From assembly GCA_043228905.1 (NCBI GenBank), contig JBHGNT010000011.1:2232001-2296000 (forward strand): a stretch of DNA of 64,000 bases, in the 5' to 3' direction. The notes under the pieces are model-generated. The model was not told the DNA's origin, did not search any database, and worked only from the letters and a program-made list of their open reading frames with translations. Within the stretch, counting starts at the first letter, position 1. Each line of letters starts with the position of its first letter. Positions 46,769 to 63,000 of the stretch are shown here, in pieces. The DNA comes from Azolla caroliniana. Lineage: Eukaryota; Plantae; Polypodiophyta. Made by a program: the position numbers and the translations under genes.

Positions 46769-47594
46769 TGTTAGAGAAAAGAGAATAGAAGAGAAGAAGA
46801 GAGAAGCAAACACTAAAATTTACTATTATCATGAGAATACAAACTCCTTACATCGTAAACACAACCACACACCAAATATCTATTATTAACCTAGTCCATA
46901 ATATTCACTCTTTGTTCTCCTCCTACTAAGACTCTTCTTGTCTCACTTCTTCTAAATTCAATCATTCTTCTTCTTCTTTTCTTTCTATTTATATTTAAGA
47001 ATGATTTCCTCTTTTTTAAGTTTCTAGTGGCGTTCTCGATAGGCTAGTGTAGTTTTTTAATAGATATACTTTAGTCTATGTGAGGTGTTCAAGATATTAT
47101 AATATATCTTAAATATAGACCTAGTTATCCTATTTGACATCGACTTATGTTGAGAATCAAGCTCAACTTGGTCTAGTGTGTGAATTCACCTTGAGAGTGA
47201 ATAGACACTCCAACGGTCAAGAGTCACCATTAAGTCACCTCTTTGTATTCTAGCATTTAGTATGAGTCATAAAATCATATTCTATGACACATAACTTATG
47301 AGCTTTCACATTCCCCATGCTCCATGAGCCTTGTAGTTAATGAAGAGAGAGGGTGATTATATAGAGCACCCTCCTCCCACCTTGTATTGTGTTGAGTCCT
47401 TCTCATTTGTTAATATACTTTTACCTTGCGTATTCTCTGTGTATTATTCCTTGTCTCTCTCACTCACTCACTCACTCTCTCTCATATACACACACACACA
47501 GTTCACACCTATTCCGCTACACAAGAATCATACCCGATTCTTTACAACTTACTTTTTCTATCACCATTTCTTCTCTGCAACTCCAATATTAACA
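46769..47594. repeat. LTR-like repeat (TGTTAG...TTAACA) hosting the family A solo LTR
   Basis: TG...CA inverted ends; collinear with 19336-19767 once 47148-47551 is removed. Confidence 0.55.
47148..47546 (+). mobile_element. Solo LTR, copia family A
   Basis: TGTTGAGAATCAAGCT...GATTCTTTACA is homologous to the reverse complement of 2857-3260. Perfect 5-bp TSD ACTTA (47143-47147, 47547-47551). Confidence 0.93.
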
Positions 47595-47610
47595 TACAAG
47601 ATATTATATG

Positions 47611-49260
47611 TGTTGGAAAGGAATCATCAATCCACTAGAAAAGTAATATACTGAAATACACAACTTTGATGCACATAAAAAAACAATGTGCACAAATTTA
47701 ACATGGAAACCCTAAAGTGGGTAAAAAAATCACGGAGAACGGAGCTTCGTTATATAGTGGATATACAACGATGAAATCAGAGTACAACACTCTCTACACA
47801 TAGTAAACAACCTCGAAAGATTCTTGGTGTATGTTGTTCTGATCACAACCATGGCACCACTCACTCACGCTCCCTCACCCTCTTCTCTCTTCTCTCTCGC
47901 TTTACACAACAGAGGCACCCACACACACATATATAACATGTTCTTTTGCCCTATATGTATTTATACTAATACACAGAATGGGCTATTTACAATCATGGCC
48001 ATTATTATTATCCAATAATAATAATAATAATAGCCTTAATAATCAACTGACTCATTCGTCGACTGTCGAGTCGGTCCGACTAGTCGGCCTGGTCATCGAC
48101 CATCCGGTTGGCCCGACTAGCCAACTCTCTCTAAGTCGACTCCTCAATTGTCAGCTCTTATCCAATCAGTTGACTCCTCCCATTAGAGGGACATATTCCT
48201 AACAAACTCCCCCTTCACTCCTATGGGGAGGAGTCCGTTATTCCTGTCCTCTGTCGATAGACTCTAAGTCGGTCCATCGGTAGGTTCTTTGTCAGCATGT
48301 CAAATCCGTTGTCGTCAAATCTTCACGAGGGTAAACTCTCCTTCTTCAACTTTCTCCCGTAGCCAGTTATACCTTCTCTATATATGCTTGGTCCGGGAGT
48401 GGTATGCAACATTCTTGGCTAGATGTATGACACTCTGGCTGTCACAATGAAACAATAAATCCTTTTGCTTCATCCCTAACTCGATGAGAAAGTTTCTCAT
48501 CCAAATCAACTCCTTCTCGGCCTCTACCGCTACCATGTACTCTGCCTTTGTGGTCGACAAGGCCACAGGCTTCTGCAGTCGTGACTACCACGACATTGCT
48601 CCCCTTGCATAGGTCATCACATACCCTGACGTGGATCGGTTGGAGTCTACATCCCCCAACATGTCTGAGTCAGTAAACCCTTCGAACATGGGTTTTCTGA
48701 CACCATACTTAAGACACACACCCGAGGTGCCTTTTAAATACCTGAGTATCCATTTCATTGCTGCCCAATGTTCTCGTCCTGGATTACTCATGTATCGGCT
48801 TATTGTTCCCACAACAAATGCTATGTCTCGTCTCGTATAGATCATAACATACATTAAGCTGCCGATTGCGAAGGCATATGGTATTTTCCTCATCTTAACC
48901 TTTTCTTTCTCCCCTCTTGGGCATTGCTTTGCATTTAACTTGCAGTTAGTCGGTAACACATAGCCAACTGGCGTTGCTTCCGACATGTTGAATCTTTCTG
49001 GGATCTTAGTCACGTATTTCTCTTGTGACAACCTTAACACTTTCTTAGTTCTATCTCGAACTATGTGCATCCCTAATATCTGTTTAGCCGGTCCAAGATC
49101 TTTCATTGCAAACAATTTGCCTAGAGCTTTCTTCAAGCTTTCGATCTTACTTGTATCTTGACCGACTATCAACATGTCATCTACATATAACAAGAGAATC
49201 AAGAAGTCACCTTCATCGTACCTTTTGACGAACACACAATGATCAACTTGTGTTTTCTGT
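47611..49260 (-). mobile_element. Ty1/copia 3' portion (RT, RNase H, PPT, 3' LTR of family B)
   Basis: RT LLLYVDDML...MKDLGPAKQILGM...IGSLMY (48585-49235); RNase H ALSTTKAEYM...CDSQSVIHLAKN..YHSRTKHI; PPT AAGGGGGAGTT (48205-48215); LTR TGTTGG...CCTAACA at 47611-48204. Confidence 0.92.
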
Positions 49261-49626
49261 CTATTCTATACACCCAACTTGTAAATCGAGTTTTATCAAG
49301 TTTCTCATTAGGGAGAGAGCTTCCTATTTGCACATTCATGTTGTTGGTGGTGATCGTTTCTCTTTGTCTCGTTTGGATCTTTGAGATCCACGAAAAGTGG
49401 TGGAGCTCTACTATCTATACACAATAGTTATACAATCATAATACAATACCAATGACAGACATGTATGAGTCAATTCTCGTTGAATGATGATGTCAACATG
49501 CAACACAACACAATCGTGTAGAGTAACAAATGGATGATTAATTAGGCTTCTTTGATACGATGTAAAGAGCTAGAGATTATATGTCTATGTAGGATAGAGT
49601 GTAGATATGCCCAAATAGATCAAGAT

Positions 49627-49665
<39 letters not shown>

Positions 49666-49700
49666 ATACACAAAAGATAATAGCTTGTATTGGGCAAAAT
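49261..49700 (-). mobile_element. 5' end of a family A-like copia element (LTR end, PBS-like site, gag start)
   Basis: Minus-strand ATG at 49339 gives MNVQIGSSLPNEKLDKTRFTSW, homologous to MNTQMGSSLPSEKLDRNNFASW at 2701. Degenerate PBS TCGTATCAAAG at 49550-49560 abuts TGTAAAGA at 49561, as at 2857. Far boundary is uncertain. Confidence 0.75.
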
Positions 49701-49949
49701 GCTAGAATGCTATAGTAATAATTTATTATAATTCGCATGTAAATCAATTATGTAACCGACACTTCAGATGCAAGTAACATAGAAGTGATGACCAATCTCG
49801 TTATGATGGGAGTGAGTGGGAAATCTAAAGTATCCACTTCACTCGATACAAAGCCATATATGGTTCATAAAGTAGATGGTGGATTTAAAACACACACATG
49901 CCCATAGGAGTGTGTGTTTTACACACAAGGTGTATGGTTGGGCTTCTCA

Positions 49950-50400
49950 TCTCAACAAAGAAAACCAATCGGACATAAGTAAGCATCAATTTTTACATAT
50001 CATGCAATTGTTGCATGTTTGGGACCATAAGAAAGAATGATGAAGACAACAAAGAACATGTTCCTTTCATGGAATAATATATCTTTCAGGATGGTTCATG
50101 GGTTTTTTTCCCTCTGAAGATAGACAAATCCATACCTTGTACTTCAAGAGTCAAAAGTAAAGCAAAAGAAAGCTACTAGCACGGAAAAGCTTGCGAGATG
50201 AACAACGTGGGAGAATGTTTCATGATAATTGACATCATGAATTTGATTGAGAGTAGAGTTAATGAACAATAGTCCATATTCATTACATTCTTCCATTTAG
50301 CATGACTGTATGAAGATATTTGACAAGACATTTTGAAAGTCTTGAAGTTTGAATGCTTTGAATATAACATAGAAACATCTATAATAAGCTGCAATAAGTT
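49950..50400 (-). pseudogene. Old, highly decayed copia RT N-terminal remnant
   Basis: Manual minus-strand translation gives QTFK...HAKWKNVMNMDYCSL and QIHDVNYHETFSHVVHLAS...MNHPERYIIP*KEHVLCCLHHS, resembling copia DYxETFSPV and MxQPEG..GKE..VCxL. Confidence 0.6.
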
Positions 50401-52636
50401 ATTATGATATATGAAACCCATAGGAACCACAATCATCATCACCCTCAACAATGTTACAAGGAATAGGATGGTGGTGGCCATGTTATTCAACATATATGAA
50501 CGGGAAAATCATCAAAGGTAAAAGAATTTCTACCAAAGCGAGACCAAAGAGTCTTATTTGTGTGGGTGCATTATGTGAATGGAAGTGCCATACACAAATT
50601 AGGATAATCATAAAACTAGAAAAAGGGACGAAACAAGTTTGGGACCCAACAAACTTTCTCGAAATATGGCATCTTGACTTACAATCGAAGCAAATGATTG
50701 GGGATCATAAAAAAAGCACAACATATTGAATTGGCAGCTTTTTTGCTACAACTCAAGGGTTCTCTTCAAATTAAGCAAAGGTTCAAATGGAAGCATATAA
50801 TCCAATGTCTGTAGTTGGAAGGCAAATTTCCACATGCTTGGCATCAACTATGCACACTCCCATTAAGTGACATGTCATTTTATTGCTTCAAATCAACTTC
50901 TTGCCTCTAACCTTGATTCAATGATCGAAATGCTATAAAGTTATCATCTTGAAACAAAGAAACTTCTATTCATTGTACCATAGCATTAACACAATGTAAA
51001 TTAATTAGAGAGGACAATCCAACCCACAATAATGATCTGATCAAAGGTCATGCTTTGATGATATCACAATAACATCATTGTCAAAGCTTACGATTTTCTT
51101 GAATTTCATTATAACTCAGCGCATTTAGTACTTGTACTATGCATGCCTTCAAGATCAAGCATGTGACTTAGTATTAGGAATTTGTCAAAAGTTGAAGTGA
51201 CAAACATTTAATGAAATTCTAAAGACCTCCCTTCCATGAACAAAGACACAAAAAAGAAAGCCCATATGTTCTCGAGTACCTATCAACTATTGGGGGGCAT
51301 GATATTGTTAGATCGATGTGCTTCATAATATAGTTATTTTAGAGAAAGCAGACTACTTAGCCTTCGTATGCCAGGGGGAGACGTAAATAAATAGATTGGA
51401 AAGTGGAGTTTGATATTATTAAAGTTAGAGTATGCATAGATTGTCCTCTTTCCAATATCACTTTTCTTCTAACTTTAGGTTGTTGCACGCCACGAATCCT
51501 GCCACTTCAATTGTTGTCAGCATTCATGTCCGTGTTTGTGTGAAAGCAATGAATAACATCCTGATTCTTCAGAGCCACGTTTCTCTTTCTGTAGGCATCG
51601 TCCAAAATAACAATAAAAAAGAGACGTCGACGTTATTTGCATAAATGTTCACATTTTTCGTTTGAGCGAAAATAAAGCTAGGCTGAGGTTATGGGAGGGA
51701 TCATATAACTTTCCCTTCAATATATCTGCATGCAGCTTTCCTCGAGGATGGTGAAAGGAATTTGTCGTATGCCCTTCGTTTTAAAGCAAATGGAAGCACA
51801 TTTCAAGTTTATAAATGGGATGTGCTTTTTGTAAATAACATTAAGAACGATTATTCCTAACGCACATTAAGCTACAGGGGATGGGGCTATATCTCCATTC
51901 CCTTCCCTTTTTGTATAACAAGTGCTCCAAAAGGGTGGCTACACTATCCGAGATGAATACATACAGATACGGGGGGGGGGGGGGGTAGTAGGTATGTATG
52001 TGTTATTATTTACAAATAAGTGTACGCATGTGCATGTGCACTCACTCGTGTGTTCTATCTACCTACCCCCATTGAACTTGAATCCACTTTGCATCTGGAA
52101 AAGCAACAAAAAAAAAACAAACAAACTCGGTTACCGTGCACATTTACGGAAAATTTCCGGAGACGATTATTCACAGACATACTACGGGGCCGAATACATG
52201 AATGTCCGGGCCGAATACATACATACATACATACATACATACAGACATACTACGGGGTCCTTCTAACGAATGTATGTCCGGGCCGAATACATACTACGCG
52301 GCCCGGGTGTGTTCCAGATGCTTCTCTCGAATGTCCGGGTCCTATGGCTCAAATGGCCGCTCAATATATTGGCCTCTCTATGGACGCCAAATCTCTCTCT
52401 CTCTCTAGAGAGAGAGCGGGAAAATCAGCGCCTATTTCAAAAGCCCGAAGAAAAGGCGGGAAAATGTTGGGTGGCCGTTGCGTCGCTGTGGGCCCCACTC
52501 GGCCCCTCCACAGCCGTCCGATTCAGGCGAGCCCCCATGGACGGCCCAGATTATGTCTCTCAGATTGGGAAGCCTGCTACTCCCTTTCTTCTTCTTCTTT
52601 CTTTTTTGCCCTAGCCGTTTCTGCATTGATTAAGCC

Positions 52637-52715
52637 TATAAATCCACTTACACAGCCATTTTTTCTCCCCTTCGAGCTCCGCCATAGCCCCCATTCTCCA
52701 TCCTCGAAACCCTAA
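52637..52715 (+). promoter_or_regulatory. Putative beta-tubulin core promoter: TATA box and telo-box
   Basis: TATAAAT at 52637-52643, AAACCCTAA at 52707-52715, a site-II-like GGCCCA at ~52543 and a CT-rich leader before the ATG at 52894. Confidence 0.5.
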
Positions 52716-52893
52716 TTTCTTCACTCCCCGCCTTCCTCTCTTGTGTTTTATCCCTTCCCAAAGGTAAACACCTAATTTCGCCCTTCAATCCATTGCCTGC
52801 TTCTGGCTCCCTCTGCGGTAGCTTGATATCTCCTTCGAAAAACTCGACTCGTGCTTCACTCCTCTCTCTCTCTCTCTCTCTCTCTCTCCCAAA

Positions 52894-55061
<2,168 letters not shown>

Positions 55062-55676
55062 GGTTTGATAGGCCTGTGTTTTTCTGCTCTAAATCTGTCT
55101 CTGTGTGTTTTTCTTATTTAGAACTATGTTGCTTCTGCTTCTTCTTCTACTAAGACTGGCATCTGTGCTACAAACATCTATGATCTTCATCTTCACCACA
55201 TATTATTAGTATACCTTGCTTTGTATCTTCCCATCTTCTGCTAGATCTAGGTTTCTGTCTGCATCGAATCGGTTTGCTTCCATTTGTGCTGCTCCTTGCA
55301 GCCATCAGGTGTTTCAAGTTTGTATGGTTCCTGTTTTACAAGCCACTGATAATTCAGAGAAAGCTCAATCGATTATGATAATGTGTTGTCACCGATTTAC
55401 CTATTGTGGTGTTATGGATAATCTTGCTTTTTTATCAATTATATGTTTAATCTATCTATGGTAGCCAAATTTATAGGTTATTTGATTTTATCGATAGCTC
55501 ATTATATCAATTTTTATTATTTGATTTGATGGATTAAATTAATCATGTCATGGAGCTAATTGATGAAAGCAAATTACTGCGAGCTTATAAAAGCAGTTCC
55601 AAGTTTAGCAATCTAAATTAATTGCAGTCCCCTAAATTACTCTAATCCTAAATTAATCTAAAAGCAATATTAGAAC

Positions 55677-56200
55677 TAGATTGTTTATCTTGCAATATTA
55701 ATTGAAGTTCCTAAATTAATCTAAAAGCAGTTCGAAGATTAGCAATCTAACTTACTGAGAACTTGGTTAATATTGTGTTTTAATTGCATGTTGTACTCAA
55801 ACCATCCATATTCCAAACATTTCTACACACAGAATCAATCAATCAATAATCCAAACATTTTTACACACATAATCTACACACGTGCATAATCAATCAATTT
55901 AGATTGCTTATCTTGCAATATTAATTGAAGTTATGCTTGGATTAGCAATATTAATTGAAGTTCCTAAATTAATCTAAAAGCAGTTCGAAGATTAGCAATC
56001 TAACTTACCGAGAACTTGGTTAATATTGTGTTTTAATTGCATGTTGTACTCAAACCATCCATATTCCAAACATTTCTACACACACAGAATCAATCAATCA
56101 ATAATCCAAACATTTTTACACACATAATCTATCAATCAATAATCCAAACATTTCTACACACGCGCGCATAATCAATCAATCAATAATCCAAACATTTCTA
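55677..56200. repeat. Local duplication (about 250 bp) with nested short repeats downstream of tubulin
   Basis: GCAATATTAATTGAAGTTCCTAAATTAATCTAAAAGCAGTTCGAAGATTAGC...CCAAACATTTCTACAC occurs twice; AATCAATCAATAATCCAAACATT is repeated. Confidence 0.85.
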
Positions 56201-56919
56201 CACTATCGCTGAATCAAATGACATTGCACATGCATTTTATTCACTACATCACATTACCTTGCATATAGGGTGCATTTTTAAGTGCACTAGGTTAAAAACA
56301 CCACCATGATGAGCATGGCAAGAGGCCATCTTACATATCAAATCTTGCAAACCTTCATTGACAACGCCATTAAACCCATCTTCCTTAGTTCAAGTCTCGT
56401 ATGGTCCCCCTCACATCTTTCATATAAAAACAATCTATGCAAAAATAATGCGCACACACATGTGCTTCACCCTTCTTGGTGGACATCTGAGTATGATACG
56501 TAAATTATCATTCATGTCTAACAAGTCATCATACTTTTTGCAGGTTACATTGTTGAGTATGGGGTAAGTAAAGTGACATTTCATCCTCCACATTGGTTTT
56601 GATTCCATATAACCTCGCATATCTTTAAATTTTGGTGATGACGTCATAATGCAACTTAAGAAATGTGAAGGCCCTTTGAGAGCCAAGGATCATGGGGGTA
56701 ATGAGATGCTATTGGATTCATTCTGGCATTTGTTTTTTACCTTGCGTTGGGGCCAACTTGAGGAGTTAACATTTGTAGTGTAATATTTGAATTTTGACAT
56801 TGTCTAACATCTTGCCACTTCATCCTTACTACATCTGGTAATCTATCCTTGGATATCAAATACTTCATAGCATCACTTCTTCCGAGCTCCAACAAATAGG
56901 TATTTGAAAAATTCCCTAC

Positions 56920-57090
56920 CTCTTAAACCGGTTCATAATGTCAAGCACACAGGCGAACTAGACGATCTAGCTCTTATTAGTTTTTGTGTACCTTAGGTCT
57001 TTTATTCTCCAGCTCTTAAACCAGTTCATAATGTCGAGCACACAGACGAACTAGAAGATCTGGCTCTTATTAGTTGTGTGTACCTTGTGC
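56920..57090. repeat. Direct repeat with a period of about 93 bp
   Basis: CTCTTAAACC[G/A]GTTCATAATGTC[A/G]AGCACACAG..GAACTAGA.GATCT.GCTCTTATTAGTT at ~56920 and ~57013. Confidence 0.8.
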
Positions 57091-60000
57091 CCCTATTATG
57101 TTCCAAGCTTGTTCTTGCAAACTTTTTGCGGATATGCTTGTTAGGTTCGACGATCCTAAAGGACAAGGAGAAGGGTGTGTTCACACGGATGGGCTTCTCG
57201 AGCGAGCCGAGCAAGAAACCGAAGCGGAGCCTCTGGGAGCTCATCAGGTCCCAAGGGAGAAAAAGAGATGGCAAAGGAATGAAAGGAAGAAAAAAGCTTT
57301 TGAAGAGCAAAGCTAAATTTAGAGAAGAACTGCTATCTATATGTGGCTATGGGGTTCTCTATCAAGCAATCCAGGTGAGTAAATCCTGAATGAAAGAGAA
57401 AAGCAAGAAGAAAAAGAAAGAAAGAAGAAAATAGCAAGAGAAAGCACCCACAAGAAGAAGAAGAAGAAGAAGAAGCAGGAGCAGACTAAAAAAGAAGAAG
57501 AAAAAGATCGGAGACGTAACGTTGAGACGAAAGAAGACCCAAGATCTCTGTTTTCCCTGAGGAAAGGCTTGACTTTTTTTAAATCTTTGGGCACATATGT
57601 TAAGCATATGCAACAAGAAGCCATGGGCATCACCATTGTTTGTTTTCTCATCATTGCATGTTGTTGTGAAAGGAAACTTGTGTCAAGGTTTATGATGAGG
57701 GCGCCGATTATGAGGTATCCCTGCACTCCTCTCAGGCTTAGGATGGCAGTGTTGATGTAAGATACCGATGATTGGATCCTTGTGCTACGACCAAAGAAGC
57801 TTGTTTTGGTAGAGCTTCTCCTATGGAACATGCTGGATGTTGTGACCGCATACAACAAGGTGGGACCGTTAACTTATATGAGGGAAGTACGGGCGCTGTG
57901 ATCCCAATGGTGATTCCTATGGTGGCAATTATGTTCAAAGGCAAATCCTAACGCCAAAAATTGATTAAGAGACATCTGGTAAGACATTTGTTTTCAAGAA
58001 CTAGACCCATGTGTTGCTTATAATGAATTGTTTCTAGAATTGGCGATTGGCCCATCATTTTCTCAATGAAGGTCTCTTAGAGAGATTGTATTATTCGTGA
58101 AGATGCAAATTATCCAAATACGTAGGAGACTCTTGGAAGTGACAAAAATAGCTCGAAAGGAAACCCTATTGGATGAAACTTTCATGTATTAAAAAATTGC
58201 TTGGGTGATGGTGGAAATAGCTTGAAAGAAATTTTTAACACATGAAACAATGGGCAAGAAAGCAGTCCTAGAGATGTGGATGGTAGTAAGCTTAATCAGG
58301 CATGGCCAATGATGGGGATGCATCATTGTGGATATAGCCAATAAATAAAATCAGTGATAGTGGAGGAGGTCAGAAAAAAATCTCTAGTGGTCATCTAAAC
58401 ATAAACAAAAACAAGTGCTTCACATCAGCCATGGAATGTGGACATAGAAACTAAATTGCATCTACTTAACCCTACAGCTGTCCATACTATTCTGAACGAA
58501 GGCTGGTTATTTAGGTATAGTTAATACTCGGCTATGAAAATCATCTTACTTGATACTTTAAAGAGTAAGATTTTTGCAATTTAGAGATATTAAGGTTGAT
58601 CAGGTAGAGGCAATTTCACAATGGAAGGATAAAGGAAACAAAAGCTATGGATGAATGTCTGGTGAAGATGAGTTTAATGGTAACGATGAAGTCAATGCTT
58701 TTCTTTGGATCAAGGGAACGCTGAGATGATTACCAACATGAATGCCAACATGAGATGAGATTAAAGCTCCAAGAGAAGAATCTTAAGCATATGAAATGGA
58801 AAGAGAGTTTCTTATCAAATTGAGAATATAAAGTAGTTTGTTGAATCATAATTATTCTCCATACAAGTAAATTTAGACAGAATATGGAATTAATACAAGA
58901 AAAGGCAAAGAAGACACGATTGATGTGCATAACACAAAGCATTTGGAAGAGATAAGAAAGGTGTCTAAGTTGCAAAACATGACAAAGATGATTGAAAAGA
59001 AGTTTTCAGGATCATCAATAGAAGAAGATTTTTTCTGATGTGATGGAGTTTGTTGATTAATAGATCAGAGAGAACCTTGAGGACATGAATGTGGCCTTCG
59101 TATGCAAATAATACATTTTTTGGGTGGGCAATCTAAATGATGTATTTAGTATCCTTAGAATTCTATCAAACGGAAATGATGAATACAATGAAGAAAGATG
59201 GCGAAGAAGATGAACACAAGTAATGATAGTGATAATAATAAGGATGGGAAGATGAGAACTCATCTTATAGTTCACTTCTTCGTCGCCACTGGTTCAAATC
59301 CACTATGGCATTGCCCTTTCCATCTCATTCTTGTCTCTTGTGTTTGCTTTCTTGCATCCCATCTATCTTTATCTTTATATGATCTGTTCATAGCCTGTTG
59401 TGTATTCTTCTTCTCCATCCTCTTGCCCATATTTCACAGGGTACATTGATATTGCTCTCAAGCGCTTTCTCATTTCGGTGATCCAGAGTTGGTACCAGCC
59501 CTTTCACATGCTTTGATGCTCCAAACTTGGTTTTGGGTCTTTTCACATGCTATAGTGCTATGTACTTGATCCTTGGCTATTTCACGTCACAAGGTGCTTC
59601 AAGATTGTTTCCAAGCCTTTTCTCATTTTTAGGTACCTTTGTTTTGTTCATAGCCTTTTGACATGCTCCAATGTTCTACTCGTAATCGGGGGCCCTCACA
59701 ATGCTCCTTGAGATTGTACATGAGTTTTTGTTCATTTCCATAGACTAAATCTATTGATAAAGATGATGTTAATATTAATGGTTCTTTGATTCCACCATCA
59801 TTTTGTACCACTTCTTGCCATCTCTATTTTGAGGTTGATGTCAATATGATGTTTGTCACTACTAGCAGCTAGCATCCATGATCATCTTTGGTCCTTGTTT
59901 CCATACACTATCTCTAAGTTTCTATTGCTCTTGTTTTCTTATGCCACTGCTAAGCTGCAGTCCTTCAGGGTTTCCAGGTAAGCTCCCTTGGAAGAATCGT

Positions 60001-63000
60001 CAATGTGTGTTGGCCCGGTTAGAATTGCCATGAATGGTAGTGACTAGGTAATGCTCAACTTCCGGTGGCAACCAAGGCTTCAAGAGCTATCTGCAAGGTG
60101 CTCATTTGAGTCTCTCGCTCTCACCCGCAATGACATGGCACAATGGACCTCCTAGGGTGGGATGCTGCCAAAAACACTCACTCTCACTCTCACATAAGTG
60201 AAGGTATAAAAACACTAATAATTGCTTCATTAGAGACTTCTTGGATTATAATTGGTTGCTTGTTCACCAACTGAATGTTACATTCTATCTTTAATCACAC
60301 ATTGATATCCCTCTAAATAGATTACTATAATAGGAACAACTTAGCAACCACCATTGTGGCAACAACCTCTTTATCATACGAGGATGGCATGTAAACATGG
60401 CCAGCCCAAGGCTACTGCGTGCCTTATTTCCTAAGCTTAAATGGTGAGTCACCATCAGAATAAGTGAGTGTCTGCATTTTCTCTATACATTTATTGCTAG
60501 CTCTGAGTGACTGACATTCTTCGACCTATATTGGGCAGGTCTTCACCCTCCTAATGTTAAGCTGGCATCTTGTGGTTGCATACTTTGTGTTGCCATGGGC
60601 TATAGAGCTATCACAGATGAGAAAATACTCGGTGATCCAATTGCGTAATCCGTACTCTCAAAGGATGGAAGAAAATATTGGAAACAGCTATTCCTATAGC
60701 CCAAGAAAGAAAGAAAGAAAGAACATATATTAATGCCTTTAAAGAGGCCAAAATGCCTATAAGACCAAACAAGAGATTACATGTTAAAATGTTGTCTTGT
60801 CTTTGAGAACAACAAACCAAAATAAATGTAACTAAGTAAAAAAGTAAATAGAAATAGAATCTCGTGATAAATACATGTAAGATTCTTGAGTCAGGTATAT
60901 TATAATTTTTGTCTTCAAACCATCTCTATCATAGGTCGGTCCAGAATGGAGAGGTCTTTGAAGCAATGGAAGCACGTTGAGGGCGGGAGGCCATTATTTG
61001 TCAATGACAAGTGTGGTGAGATCATGGTTTGTGAGGCCGAGGCTGAGGCCTACGTGAACAACAAATTGTTATGCCCGATCTATTGTAACCTCTTTGAAAT
61101 GTCCTAGTTGGGAACCCATTTGTGTAGCCCTTGATTGACGGGTAGCATGAGTAGGAGTGATGGGGCTAAGGAAAGTTGTGATTGTTCTTTGTTGATGAGC
61201 TTGTGTGGCTGTATTGTTGTCCTAACAACTTCTCCCATGTCTCTTGACTTCTAGCAAGAAAAGCCTTGGGCACCATTGATCTTCATATTCCATTAGTTGT
61301 TGTATTGGGCCGAAGCATGACTAAAAGAGACAATGGTATCTCCATCTTATTTCATATTATGATGACAAACATAGTGTTGTTCAGATTCCACTCCTTGGAT
61401 GACACAATTGGCAAGTTCTTTCTTCTAGAGGTATATGTGCATATTTGCCATGACAAAGAAAAGTTATCTAGCTTAGAAATTGTGTTGCAATATCAGAACT
61501 GATTATGGCTGACCTAGAACACTTGACTTCTAAAAGGAAGTGAAATTTGGGAGCTATATGAACATGCCTATTATTGGGTGTGTGCTAATGTGGAGTTGGA
61601 GGAAGAAACATTATGATGAATGGATAAACCATGAAGTCTCTCTAGCCAACCAACCAAGTGTGAAAGCAATGATAAGGATAATGAAAATCAATGTATGCGT
61701 ACTAATGGTAAAGGAGGTAGAACTAACATCACTCTACCAAAGTATCACAGGAAGAGGAATGTGTGTGACATGGGGTCTCCTCGCCATCACATCATCACGG
61801 GAAGAGAAGTTTGTAGAGACACTAAATAGGGGAGCAAGGAAGAGCAATAAAGAGAGTAAACAAGGAGAGGCTAGAAGGCATTTTAGTTTCCAGAGTAAAT
61901 TCATAGCTCAAGGAAAATTCAAACACATTTACATCAGAATTGATGCTCCTATTCTGCCATGATGTTTTGCAATTACATGGCCTCCAAGGTGCATTCCATT
62001 GTTACACGTAGATCTTCTTTGTGATAATTTTGCTCGATGTATCTCTTGAGATAACCATGTTCCATGCTTCTCTGGAGGTATTTCTCAATAGATACTTCTT
62101 TCGAGGCAAAATTGAGTGGATGTGTTTAAAACAAGAAGTGTCTCAAAAGACGCATGCACTTGACGTATCTCGACAGAAGCATCGGCAAATAATTGTCTCA
62201 AAAGAAGAGTCTTCTTGGAACAATATAAGGTCTTAACTACAATGGAGAAGTGCGCCTTGGAGGTCAATTTAATTGTTGAAACGTCTTGGTGAAACTGGAA
62301 CACTTGAGTATTATGTATTCTTCTGAATTTCTGTAAAAACTAAGCTATGAGAGGTACTACTACAAGCTAACATGTCTTCAATGTCTTTCATGTCTCCCTT
62401 ATCCTCTTTACAGGGTCTATGGATGCTTCTCTTCTCATGATGATTGGATGACGAGGACACCCCCTGCCATGCATACAAGTTTACATGCCCTCTTCCATTG
62501 ATGTTTAAACCATTTGATAGCACATGGTCATCGTCACTTCTTTACTGCTTCATCTTTAGTATGTATGCACTGATTTTCATGCCATCACTATCCTTTCTTT
62601 TCATTGCTTTCAAAGTTGTTTGGTTGAGTAAGAAGACCTTGTATTTGTCCATAGCTTCTGGGGTTTGTTTCTCCATCTCCGTGTTTTCCTATACTCAAGA
62701 CTTGGCATGTTTGGGTGGTTCCCAACCTCCACTAACCTTGGTTTGGAATTGAGATTTTGGGTCAGCCATGATGGGTTTCAAAATTGCACTGTTTCAAAGT
62801 TACTTTTCTGTTGAGGTGGTTGGACTAGTTGTCTCGGTCTTGCTCCATTTCTCAAGAGAAAGGAGTATGCAATTGGGTCACTAAATTGTTTTGTTGTTTG
62901 GTCAATTGTGTGTGAGAAAACGTGTGTACGGGCTTGGCAACAAACTAACCTTTAGGAGAATGAAGAGCCACAATAAAGGATTGGGAACATGCATGCTTTT

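Noticed and set aside
52020-52715. 231-aa ORF upstream of tubulin
   Set aside because: It runs through microsatellites and GC-rich promoter sequence, with no recognisable domain.
57026-57944. Cluster of short overlapping ORFs
   Set aside because: Low-complexity GAA/AAAG sequence with no coherent exon structure or domain; not called as a gene.
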